DNA of 32,000 bases from Kineococcus radiotolerans SRS30216 = ATCC BAA-149 (GTDB lineage: Bacteria > Actinomycetota > Actinomycetes > Actinomycetales > Kineococcaceae): NCBI RefSeq assembly GCF_000017305.1, contig NC_009664.2, forward strand, positions 1,620,001 to 1,652,000, given 5' to 3'. Position numbers and translations under genes: made by a program. Below are positions 22,172 through 29,670 of this stretch, piece after piece. Position 1 is the stretch's first letter. The number at the start of each line of letters is the position of its first letter. The notes under the pieces are model-generated. The model was not told the DNA's origin, did no database searches, and was given only the letters and a program-made list of their open reading frames with translations.

Positions 22172-24586
22172 TCACGCGCTGAGCGGACGGGCCACCGGGC
22201 CGGAGAGGACGCCCTGGATGTCCTCCAGGGCCAGCGGCCGGCAGTACAGGTGCCCCTGGGCCAGGTGGCACCCCATGTCGCGCAGGATCTCCGCCTGCTC
22301 GGGGTGCTCCACCCCTTCGGCGACGATCGTCAGCCCGAGGGCCTGCCCCATCTTCACCATGCCTTCGACCAGCGCGCGAGCCGTGGGCTCGGTGGCGATG
22401 TCGCGCACGAAGCTGCGGTCGATCTTGAACGAGGAGAACGGGCGGTGCCGCAGGTAGCCCAGGGAGGAGAACCCGGTGCCGAAGTCGTCGATGGTCAGCT
22501 GCGCGCCGGTCTCGGCGAGGTCGCGCAACCGGCCGACGGTGTCGTCGTCGATCATGACGCTCTCGGTCATCTCCAGGTGCAGGCGGCAGCCGCTGGAGGT
22601 GGTCTGGCGCACCGCGGCGGCCACCCGCTCGGTGAAGTCGGGGTGGCGCAGCTGCACGGGCGAGACGTTGACCATGAGGTCCAGGCGGCGCGCGGCGTGC
22701 TGCTGGATGGACGCGGCGTCGCGGGCGACCTGGCGCAGCACCGAGTCCCCGATGGCGACGACGGTGCCCGAGCGCTCGGCCAGGCCGATGAACTCGTCGG
22801 GACCGACGAGGGGTTCGACGCCGCCGCCGCGGTCGCGGCGCCAGCGCACCAGCGCCTCGAGGCCGACGATGCGGGCCGCGGGGTCCTGGTCGGGGCCGGC
22901 CTGCAGGTCGACGATGGGCTGGTAGTGCACGACGAAGGCCTCGGCGGGGGCCTGCTGGAGGTCCTCGATGACCTGCAGGCGGGCGATCTCCTCCTCCAGC
23001 AGCTCGGGGCGGAACTCCACCCACCGGTTCTTGCCGGTGGCCTTGGCCCGGTACATGGCGGTGTCGGCGTTGCGCAGCAGGGTCCCGACGTCGTCGCCGG
23101 GCCGGGCCCGGGAGAGCCCGATGCTGCCCTGCACCCGCAGGACGTGCCCGCGCATCCTGACCTCCACGCGCAGCGCGACGAGCACGCGGCGGCAGAGGCC
23201 CTCGACGTCCTGGCAGTCCGGCAGCAGGACGGCAAACTCGTCGCCGCCCAGGCGGGCCACGGTGCTGCCCCCGCGCAGGGTGTCGCGCAGGCGGGAGCCG
23301 ACCAGCCGCAGGAGCTCGTCGCCGGCCTCGTGGCCGAAGCGGTCGTTGACGGACTTGAACCCGTCGAGGTCGAGGTAGAGGACGACGAGCCGGTCCAGGC
23401 GGGAGGCCTCGCGCGCGCGGTCCAGCTCCTGGGCGAGGCGCTCGGCGAACTGCAGGCGGTTGGGCAGCCCCGTGACGACGTCGCGGCGGGCCAGGCCGTG
23501 CATCTCCTCGCTGGCGCTGACCCGGAAGAACGCGGCCTCCCCGACCGAGGCGAGCGCCTCGAGGGCCTTCTCGTCGGAGGCGCGCTGGGCGGGGTCGCGG
23601 CGGCGGGGGGCGGTGATGTAGAGCACGACGCCGTCGCCGGCGACGACGGGCACCCCGATCTCGTCCTCGGCGGGTCCCACGGAGCGGACCATCGCGGCCG
23701 GGGTGCCGGCGACCATGCGGGCGTGCTTCTGCAGGGCCCGGGCGAGGTCGGCGCGGCGGCCCTGGGTGTGCAGGGCGGTGGCGGCCTCGAAGAGGGCCTC
23801 GCTGCGGCGGGCGACGTCGCGGGTGGTGCGCATGGCGCGGGTGGCCATCATCGTCACGACCATCGGGATCACCAGCAGCAGCGCGGCCCAGCGGTCCAGC
23901 CGGGACTCCACGAGCCCGCCGAGGTAGCCGAGGCCGCCGACGGCGACGCTGGCGCCGACGGCGAGCCAGGCCCCGGTGTGCAGGAGCTCGCCCTTGACGG
24001 AGGTGCGTTCCTGGATCGCGACGGAGACCGCGGAGACGGCCACGTCGACGACGAAGACGGCGATGACCGCGGCGGAGACGGCGAGCAGCTCGGGGACGGT
24101 CATGTCGACCCGGATGATCCGTTCGAGCCCGCGGTACCGGCTCTCCTCGGGGGCCCGCCCGGTGGTGCCGAACAGTTCCAGCACGGCCAGCGCGACGGGC
24201 ATGAAGAGCACGCCGATGCTCGCGTTGTAGACCCGGCTCACCCAGCTGCGGCGCTGCAGCAGCCCGGTCGGGACGACGCACAGGCACCAGGCGAGGGCGG
24301 CGGTGGCCGGGGCGGCGAAGCAGAGCAGGAAGATCAGGACCCCGACGTCGAACTGGACCTCGACGCCGGCGTGGCGGGTGTTGATCTGGAACGGGAAGCG
24401 GGTCAGCAGCTGCATGAGGGGCAGGCCGACGACGACGCAGAGGGCGAGGTCGTGCCACTGCCCGGCGCCGGCGTCCCGGCCGAAGGCCAGGGCGGCGAGC
24501 ACGGTCGTCACGACGGCCGCCAGGGTGACGGCGCCGTCGAAGAGGACGCTGGCCCGGGGGCGACGTTCGCGCACCGCTCCGCTCAC
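22172..24586 (-). CDS. Polytopic membrane sensor - GGDEF - EAL protein (both catalytic motif sets intact, I-site degenerate)
   Basis: About 804 aa from GTG 24586, preceded by GGTGGAGGTGG (the track ORF starts at 24628). About 7-8 TM segments in the first 260 aa, then a roughly 110-aa linker. Motifs: LDLDGFKSVNDRFGH, RGGSTVARLGGDEF, EALVRW, EMTES, DDFGTGFSSLGYL, KIDRSF, EGVE, AQGHLY. Confidence 0.85.
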   Translation of the reverse strand: MSGAVRERRPRASVLFDGAVTLAAVVTTVLAALAFGRDAGAGQWHDLALCVVVGLPLMQLLTRFPFQINTRHAGVEVQFDVGVLIFLLCFAAPATAALAWCLCVVPTGLLQRRSWVSRVYNASIGVLFMPVALAVLELFGTTGRAPEESRYRGLERIIRVDMTVPELLAVSAAVIAVFVVDVAVSAVSVAIQERTSVKGELLHTGAWLAVGASVAVGGLGYLGGLVESRLDRWAALLLVIPMVVTMMATRAMRTTRDVARRSEALFEAATALHTQGRRADLARALQKHARMVAGTPAAMVRSVGPAEDEIGVPVVAGDGVVLYITAPRRRDPAQRASDEKALEALASVGEAAFFRVSASEEMHGLARRDVVTGLPNRLQFAERLAQELDRAREASRLDRLVVLYLDLDGFKSVNDRFGHEAGDELLRLVGSRLRDTLRGGSTVARLGGDEFAVLLPDCQDVEGLCRRVLVALRVEVRMRGHVLRVQGSIGLSRARPGDDVGTLLRNADTAMYRAKATGKNRWVEFRPELLEEEIARLQVIEDLQQAPAEAFVVHYQPIVDLQAGPDQDPAARIVGLEALVRWRRDRGGGVEPLVGPDEFIGLAERSGTVVAIGDSVLRQVARDAASIQQHAARRLDLMVNVSPVQLRHPDFTERVAAAVRQTTSSGCRLHLEMTESVMIDDDTVGRLRDLAETGAQLTIDDFGTGFSSLGYLRHRPFSSFKIDRSFVRDIATEPTARALVEGMVKMGQALGLTIVAEGVEHPEQAEILRDMGCHLAQGHLYCRPLALEDIQGVLSGPVARPLSA

Positions 24587-24792
24587 CGCCACCTCCACCG
24601 CTCGCCGGGACGGGCCACATCCTGACACTGCGAGACCGGGTGGTCACGCTCCATCATGGACATGGGCCCCTCATCTCCCCTGTTCGGCGCAGCTGCACGT
24701 GCTCCGACCTGCGAACACTCTCACAGGGTCGCCCCGCTGACACTCAGAGTAGTTCCGGCTCCGGGGGTCCCCGAGGGTCCCGGGACCCGGCC

Positions 24793-24798
24793 TACGCT
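24793..24798 (+). promoter_or_regulatory. Candidate -10 hexamer TACGCT, 6 nt upstream of the menE GTG (leaderless architecture)
   Basis: TACGCT-gcgccc-GTG(24805). Fits TANNNT. No Shine-Dalgarno. Confidence 0.35.
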
Positions 24799-24804
24799 GC
24801 GCCC

Positions 24805-25989
24805 GTGCGCACGCTCCGCCCCCTGCCCGTCCCGACCGGGGACGCGGTCCTCGACCTGCTGCCCCTGCTGGCCACCGCCGTCGAGGGCGGGCTCCCGCAC
24901 GCCCTGCACCCCCACGCCGCCGACACCGCGCCCCACCCCTCGCTGCGCACCGGCGAGCCCCTCGGCCCCGGCGAGGACGACCCCGACGACCCCACCGCCG
25001 TGGTCGTCGCCACCTCCGGCTCGACCGGGACCCCCAAGGGCGCGCTGCTGCCCGCCGCGGCCCTGCGGGCCTCCGCCGCGGCGACGGCGGCCCGCCTCGC
25101 CCCCGGGCCCGGCTCGCAGCAGTGGGTGCTCGCCCTGCCGGCCCACCACGTCGCGGGCCTGCAGGTCCTGCTCCGCTCGGTGCGGGCGGGCACCGAACCC
25201 GTCGTCCTCCCCCCGGGTCCGTTCTCCGCCGCCGCCTTCGCTGGGGCCACCGCCCGCGCGACCGGGGACCGGCTGCTGACCTCCCTGGTGCCGACCCAGC
25301 TCGTCCGCCTCCTCGACGCCCCGGGGGACGCCGGCGAGGAGGCCCGCGCCGCCCTCGCCCGCTACGACGCGGTGCTCGTCGGTTCCGCCGCCACCCCCGG
25401 CGCCCTGCTGGAACGCGCCCGCGCCGCGGGAGCCCGGGTGGTCACGACGTACGGCTCCTCGGAGACCTGCGGCGGCTGCGTCTACGACGGCGTCCCCCTC
25501 GACGGGGTCGTGCCCGCGCTGGAGGAGGACCGGCTCACCCTGGCCGGCCCGGTGCTGGCCCGCGGCTACCGGGGCCTGCCCGGCCACCCCGCCTTCCCCG
25601 GCGACCGCTTCCGCACCGACGACACCGCCGTCCTCGAGGGCGGGCGGGTGCGGGTGCTGGGCCGGGTCGACGACCTCATCACCACCGGGGGGCTCAAGGT
25701 CGCCCCCGCCCTGGTGGAGGAGGCGCTGGCCGGCACGCCCGGGATCGGCGAGGTCGTCGTCGTGGGGGTGCCCGACGAGGAGTGGGGCCAGCGCGTCGTC
25801 GCCGCCGTCGTGCCCGCCGGGACCGCCCCGACCCTGGCCGAGGTCCGCGAGCGGGTGGGCGCGGCCGTCGCCCGGCACGCCGCCCCCCGCCAGCTGCTGC
25901 TGCTGGCGGAGCTGCCGCTGCGCGGGCCGGGCAAGCCCGACCGCGCGGCCCTGCGCGCCCTCGCCGCCCCGCCCGCACCCGGGGGGTGA
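24805..25989 (+). CDS. menE: o-Succinylbenzoate-CoA ligase (adenylate-forming enzyme)
   Basis: 394 aa from GTG 24805 (VRTLRPLPVPTGD...). AMP-binding P-loop VATSGSTGTPKG, then TTYGSSET and ...ITTGGLKV... The short MenE-type size and men context support the call. The track ORF's upstream 55 codons are non-coding-looking. Confidence 0.85.
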   Translation: MRTLRPLPVPTGDAVLDLLPLLATAVEGGLPHALHPHAADTAPHPSLRTGEPLGPGEDDPDDPTAVVVATSGSTGTPKGALLPAAALRASAAATAARLAPGPGSQQWVLALPAHHVAGLQVLLRSVRAGTEPVVLPPGPFSAAAFAGATARATGDRLLTSLVPTQLVRLLDAPGDAGEEARAALARYDAVLVGSAATPGALLERARAAGARVVTTYGSSETCGGCVYDGVPLDGVVPALEEDRLTLAGPVLARGYRGLPGHPAFPGDRFRTDDTAVLEGGRVRVLGRVDDLITTGGLKVAPALVEEALAGTPGIGEVVVVGVPDEEWGQRVVAAVVPAGTAPTLAEVRERVGAAVARHAAPRQLLLLAELPLRGPGKPDRAALRALAAPPAPGG

Positions 25990-25999
25990 CCCCCGCCCG

Positions 26000-26037
26000 C
26001 CCCCGCGGCGGCCGGGTTCGCCGCACGGGCGCGGGGG
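26000..26037 (+). terminator. GC-rich nested stem-loop after the menE stop
   Basis: CCCCCGCG(26000-26007)...CGCGGGGG(26030-26037), with inner stem GCGGC(26008-12)/GCCGC(26020-24). No T-tract. Confidence 0.3.
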
Positions 26038-26051
26038 TGGGATCCTGGGGG

Positions 26052-26303
26052 ATGCGTTCCGTCCTGCCGGCCCTGCTCCTCCTGGCCTTCACCGTCTACT
26101 GCGTGGTCAGCATCGTGCAGGCCCCGGACGGGCAGCTGCGGAGCCTGCCGAAGTGGGCCTGGCTGCTGCTGGTGCTCTTCTTCCCCCTCGCCGGGGGGCT
26201 GGCCTACGTCCTGGCGGGCCGGCCCCTGGCCGCGGCCGTCCGCCGGCCCCGGCAGGCCCCGCGCGGACCCGACGACGACGAGGACTTCCTCCGGGGCCTG
26301 TGA
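26052..26303 (+). CDS. PLD nuclease N-terminal (PLDc_N) domain small membrane protein
   Basis: 83 aa with two TM segments. Characteristic ...[27 protein letters not shown]... motif and an acidic tail DDDEDF. Confidence 0.6.
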   Translation: MRSVLPALLLLAFTVYCVVSIVQAPDGQLRSLPKWAWLLLVLFFPLAGGLAYVLAGRPLAAAVRRPRQAPRGPDDDEDFLRGL

Positions 26304-26325
26304 CCGGGCTCGCGGGGGCGGGCGG

Positions 26326-27312
26326 GTGACCCGCGCGGGCGGCCCGCCGTCCCGCTTGGCACGATGGTGCGTCGTGCCCGACCCCGCAGAACCGTCCTCC
26401 CCGTCCTCCGTGCCGCTGCCCTCCTCCGCCCGGACCCACCGGCGCGCGACCCCCGGGCAGTGGGTCTCCGCGGCCCGCCCGCGCACCCTGCCCGCGGCCG
26501 TCACGCCGGTGCTGGTGGGGACCGGCTCGGCCGCGGCCCTCGACGCCGTCTCCTGGGGGACGGCCGCGCTCGCCCTCGTCGTCTCCCTCGCCCTGCAGAT
26601 CGGGGTGAACTACGCCAACGACTACTCCGACGGCATCCGCGGCACCGACTCCGACCGCGTCGGTCCCTTCCGCCTCGTCGGCTCCGGCGCCGCCGAACCC
26701 CGCCACGTCCGCGACGCGGCCTTCGCCTGCTTCGCCGTCGCGGCTCTGGCGGGTCTGGTCGTGGTGGCGCTGAGCGGGCACTGGTGGCTGCTGCTGGTGG
26801 GCGCGGCCAGCGTCGCCGCGGCCTGGTACTACACCGGCGGGAAGCGCCCCTACGGCTACGCGGGGCTCGGCGAGGTCTTCGTCTTCGTGTTCTTCGGCCT
26901 CGTCGCCGTGACCGGCACGACCTACGTCCAGGCCGGCCGCGTCGACGGGACCTCCCTCGCCGGGGCCTTCTGCGTGGGCTTCCTGGCCTGCGCGATCCTC
27001 GTCGCCAACAACCTGCGCGACGTCCCCACCGACACCGTCGCCGGCAAGCGGACGCTGGCCGTGCGGATCGGGGAGGCCCGGTCCCGCCGCCTCTACGCCG
27101 GCCTCGTCGTGGGCGCCTTCGCGGCGGCGCTGCTGACCGCGCCGTGGCACCCGTGGGTCCTGCTCGTGCTGGCCGCCGGGACGCTGGCCCAGCGGCCGCT
27201 GCGCACCGTGCTGGGCGGGGCGCGGGGACGGGACCTGATCCCCGTCCTCAAGGACACCGGTCAGCTGGAGCTGCTCACCGGGGCGCTGCTGGCCCTCGGA
27301 CTGGCGCTCTGA
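26326..27312 (+). CDS. menA: 1,4-dihydroxy-2-naphthoate polyprenyltransferase (UbiA superfamily)
   Basis: Asp-rich motifs [14 protein letters not shown] and [19 protein letters not shown], with 8-9 TM segments. The N-terminus is uncertain (GTG 26326 or GTG 26374). Confidence 0.88.
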   Translation: MTRAGGPPSRLARWCVVPDPAEPSSPSSVPLPSSARTHRRATPGQWVSAARPRTLPAAVTPVLVGTGSAAALDAVSWGTAALALVVSLALQIGVNYANDYSDGIRGTDSDRVGPFRLVGSGAAEPRHVRDAAFACFAVAALAGLVVVALSGHWWLLLVGAASVAAAWYYTGGKRPYGYAGLGEVFVFVFFGLVAVTGTTYVQAGRVDGTSLAGAFCVGFLACAILVANNLRDVPTDTVAGKRTLAVRIGEARSRRLYAGLVVGAFAAALLTAPWHPWVLLVLAAGTLAQRPLRTVLGGARGRDLIPVLKDTGQLELLTGALLALGLAL

Positions 27313-27324
27313 GGCCCGGGGCGC

Positions 27325-27330
27325 CAGAGT
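27325..27330 (+). promoter_or_regulatory. Candidate -10 hexamer CAGAGT, 7 nt upstream of ATG 27338
   Basis: CAGAGT-gcgcccc-ATG. Identical hexamer and spacing to the ligC upstream region. Confidence 0.3.
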
Positions 27331-27337
27331 GCGCCCC

Positions 27338-27631
27338 ATGGGTGAGATCGACGTGAGCGCCGACGGCGTGCACCAGTACGCGGCCGTGCTCACCACCAGC
27401 GCGGGGACCCGCACCGAGCACGTCGTGGTCTCCGGCCCCGCGCTGCTGGAGAAGGCGGCGGTGACCGCCACCGAGGAGCCCTTCCTGGTGCGCCGCGTCC
27501 TGGAGGTCCTGCTCCGGGCGGAGGAGACGGCCGAGGCCGAGGGGCGGCAGCCCACCCTGCCGGCCGTCATCGACCTGCGGGCCCTCGACGCCGAGCGCCC
27601 CGACCTGCTGAGCGGTCTCCCGCTGCACTGA
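27338..27631 (+). CDS. Hypothetical protein (97 aa, soluble, acidic)
   Basis: MGEIDVSADGVHQYAAVLTTSAGTRTEHVVVSGPALLEKAAV... Strong G/C bias at codon position 3. No family recognised. The track ORF starts at GTG 27329. Confidence 0.5.
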   Translation: MGEIDVSADGVHQYAAVLTTSAGTRTEHVVVSGPALLEKAAVTATEEPFLVRRVLEVLLRAEETAEAEGRQPTLPAVIDLRALDAERPDLLSGLPLH

Positions 27632-27708
27632 CCCGCCCCCGGGCGGGGAGGTCTCCACGCCCGGCGGTGGTCTGGCCGCGGGCCCGGGCGATCACTGGCG
27701 TGGTCGGC

Positions 27709-28374
27709 GTGCGGCTGCTCCTGACCTCGGCGGGCCTGGTGAACGCGGAGTCCTGCGAGGCCCTGGCCGCCCTGGCCCGGCGGCCGCTGGCCTCGCTGGC
27801 GGTGGCGGTGGTGCCGACGGCCGCCAACGTGATCCCCGGCGACGAGGGCTGGTTCATCGCCGACTGCGTCAACCTCCAGCGCGCCAGCTTCGCGCAGGTC
27901 GACCTCGTCGACGTCTCCGCGCTGGAGCGCGAGGTGTGGAGCGCCCGGCTGGAGGAGGCCGACGTGCTGGCGGTGACCGGCGGGGACACCACCCACCTGC
28001 TGCACTGGCTGCGGCGCAGCGGGCTGGCCGCGACGCTGCCGGGGCTGCTGCGCGAGCGGGTCTACCTCGGCGTCAGCGCCGGCAGCATGGTCACCGGCCC
28101 GCACCTGCGCCTGAGCCGGTCGGTGCAGCGCGCTCCCGAGGACACCGCCGGCCTGGGTCTGGTGGACTTCCTCGTCCAGCCGCACCTGGACTCCCCGCAC
28201 TTCCCGTCCGCGCGCGAGGACGCGGTGCGCCGGGCGGTGGCGGGGTTCGCGCACCCGACGTTCGCCCTCGCGGACGGGCGGGCGGTGCTGGTGGACGACG
28301 ACGAGGTGCGGGTCGTCGGGGCCGGGCGCCACCTCGTCCTGCCCGGGGGCGCGCAGCCGTCCCTCCCGGGCTGA
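27709..28374 (+). CDS. Peptidase E-like serine peptidase (MEROPS S51 family)
   Basis: VRLLLTSAG..., VTGGDTTHLLHWL, nucleophile elbow YLGVSAGS, and QPHLDSPHF, which parallel the PepE motifs. Start at GTG 27709 or the track start 27667. Confidence 0.7.
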   Translation: MRLLLTSAGLVNAESCEALAALARRPLASLAVAVVPTAANVIPGDEGWFIADCVNLQRASFAQVDLVDVSALEREVWSARLEEADVLAVTGGDTTHLLHWLRRSGLAATLPGLLRERVYLGVSAGSMVTGPHLRLSRSVQRAPEDTAGLGLVDFLVQPHLDSPHFPSAREDAVRRAVAGFAHPTFALADGRAVLVDDDEVRVVGAGRHLVLPGGAQPSLPG

Positions 28375-28398
28375 GGCCCACCGGGCCGCGGGCGCGGG

Positions 28399-28680
28399 TC
28401 AGTCCTCGGCGGCGTTGTCCGCGTCGAGACCGCGCTCGAAGCGCGACCTGCCCGCCCCGTCCTGCTGCTTGGCGCGCACGCGGCGGTCGACGCGCTGCTG
28501 CAGGGCCAGGGCCATCTGCTCGCGCTGGCGGCGCAGCAGCAGCAGCGACAGCAGCACCGAGACGACGGCCGCGATGAGCAGGGCCAGCCAGCCGACCGCA
28601 CCGACGGCGCGGGCCACGACGAGGCAGAGCACGAAGATGCCCAGCCGCAGCGCGGTGTAGCGCAGCGTCGCTCCCCCCAC
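28399..28680 (-). CDS. DUF4229-like small membrane protein
   Basis: 93 aa. Two adjacent TM helices (LRLGIFVLCLVVARAVG / WLALLIAAVVSVLLSLLLL), then a charged tail. GTG start 3 nt after the ccsB stop. Confidence 0.55.
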   Translation of the reverse strand: MGGATLRYTALRLGIFVLCLVVARAVGAVGWLALLIAAVVSVLLSLLLLRRQREQMALALQQRVDRRVRAKQQDGAGRSRFERGLDADNAAED

Positions 28681-28683
28681 GGC

Positions 28684-29670
28684 TCAGACCCCCGCGTAGG
28701 AGTGCAGGCCGGGGAAGAAGATGTTCACCACGAGGTAGTTGAACAGCATGCAGGCGAAGCCGAGGACGGACAGCCAGGCGGCGCGGCGGCCGTCCCAGCC
28801 GCGGGTGGCGCGGGCGTGCAGGTAGCAGGCGTAGACGACCCAGATGACGAACGTCCACACCTCCTTGGAGTCCCAGTTCCAGTAGCGGTTCCAGGCGACC
28901 TGGGCCCACACCGCCCCGGCGATGAGGGTGAACGTCCACATGACGAAGGCGACGGCGTTGAGGCGGAAGGCGGTGCGCTCCAGCTCCACCGACCCCGGCA
29001 GGGCGTCCATGAAGACCCCGCCGGCGCGATTCCCGGCCGCGGTGACCCGGTCGCGCTTCTCCTGGACCAGCTGCAGCACCGTCGCGGAGAAGCCCAGCGT
29101 GGACAGCGCCGTGGCGAGGATGGCGACGAAGACGTGGATGATCAGCCAGTAGCTGTCCAGGGCCGGGACGAGCTGGGCGGCCTCGACGTAGAGCTTGACC
29201 AGGGCGATCCCCAGGGTCACCAGGACCGGCCCGGCGACGAAGGTGCCCAGGTAGCGGGCGTCGCGCCCCCCGCCGAGGCCGCCGCGGTGGGCGCGGACGA
29301 CGGCGACCAGGTAGGCCAGCGCCACGACGAGCGTGCCGGTGAGGGCGAACTCGAACATGTTGCCCCACGGCACCCGGTGCACGGAGACCCCGCGGGTCAC
29401 CACCGAGCCCAGGTGCAGCAGGGTCGCCACGGTGAACAGCGACGTCCCCACCGCGGCCGCGCGGCGGCGGCGGTCGGTGATGGGCCTCTCGAGCGTGGTG
29501 GTGGAGCCGCCCCCCGCGACCTGCTCGCGGCGCCGCGCCTCCCGGGCCTTGATCTCCTTGCCGCCCTCGGCGAGGTCGCCGGCGTAGGCGACGAAGGAGA
29601 ACAGGTAGGCGGTCATGGCGCCGTAGAGCAGCACGTTGCTGATCTGGGCGATGCTCTCGTCGACGGTCAC
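28684..29670 (-). CDS. ccsB: Cytochrome c biogenesis protein CcsB/ResC (system II heme handling, CcsA family)
   Basis: 328 aa, polytopic, with the tryptophan-rich heme-binding motif WAQVAWNRYWNWDSKEVW. The GTG start overlaps the resB stop (GTGA at 29667-29670). Confidence 0.9.
   Translation of the reverse strand: MTVDESIAQISNVLLYGAMTAYLFSFVAYAGDLAEGGKEIKAREARRREQVAGGGSTTTLERPITDRRRRAAAVGTSLFTVATLLHLGSVVTRGVSVHRVPWGNMFEFALTGTLVVALAYLVAVVRAHRGGLGGGRDARYLGTFVAGPVLVTLGIALVKLYVEAAQLVPALDSYWLIIHVFVAILATALSTLGFSATVLQLVQEKRDRVTAAGNRAGGVFMDALPGSVELERTAFRLNAVAFVMWTFTLIAGAVWAQVAWNRYWNWDSKEVWTFVIWVVYACYLHARATRGWDGRRAAWLSVLGFACMLFNYLVVNIFFPGLHSYAGV

Noticed and set aside
22155-24647. Upstream 830 codons of the 1339-aa ORF 20628..24647, which would make one giant GGDEF-EAL protein
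   Set aside because: That part is Arg/Pro-rich shadow sequence, out of frame with the real 804-aa GGDEF-EAL gene (22172..24586). The true downstream gene starts at GTG 22154, behind a strong SD.
24640-24804. N-terminal 55-codon extension of menE in the track ORF (start 24640)
   Set aside because: The extension has poor G/C bias at codon position 3 compared with the rest of the gene, and it covers the lower-GC divergent promoter region. GTG 24805 with an upstream TACGCT hexamer is a better start.
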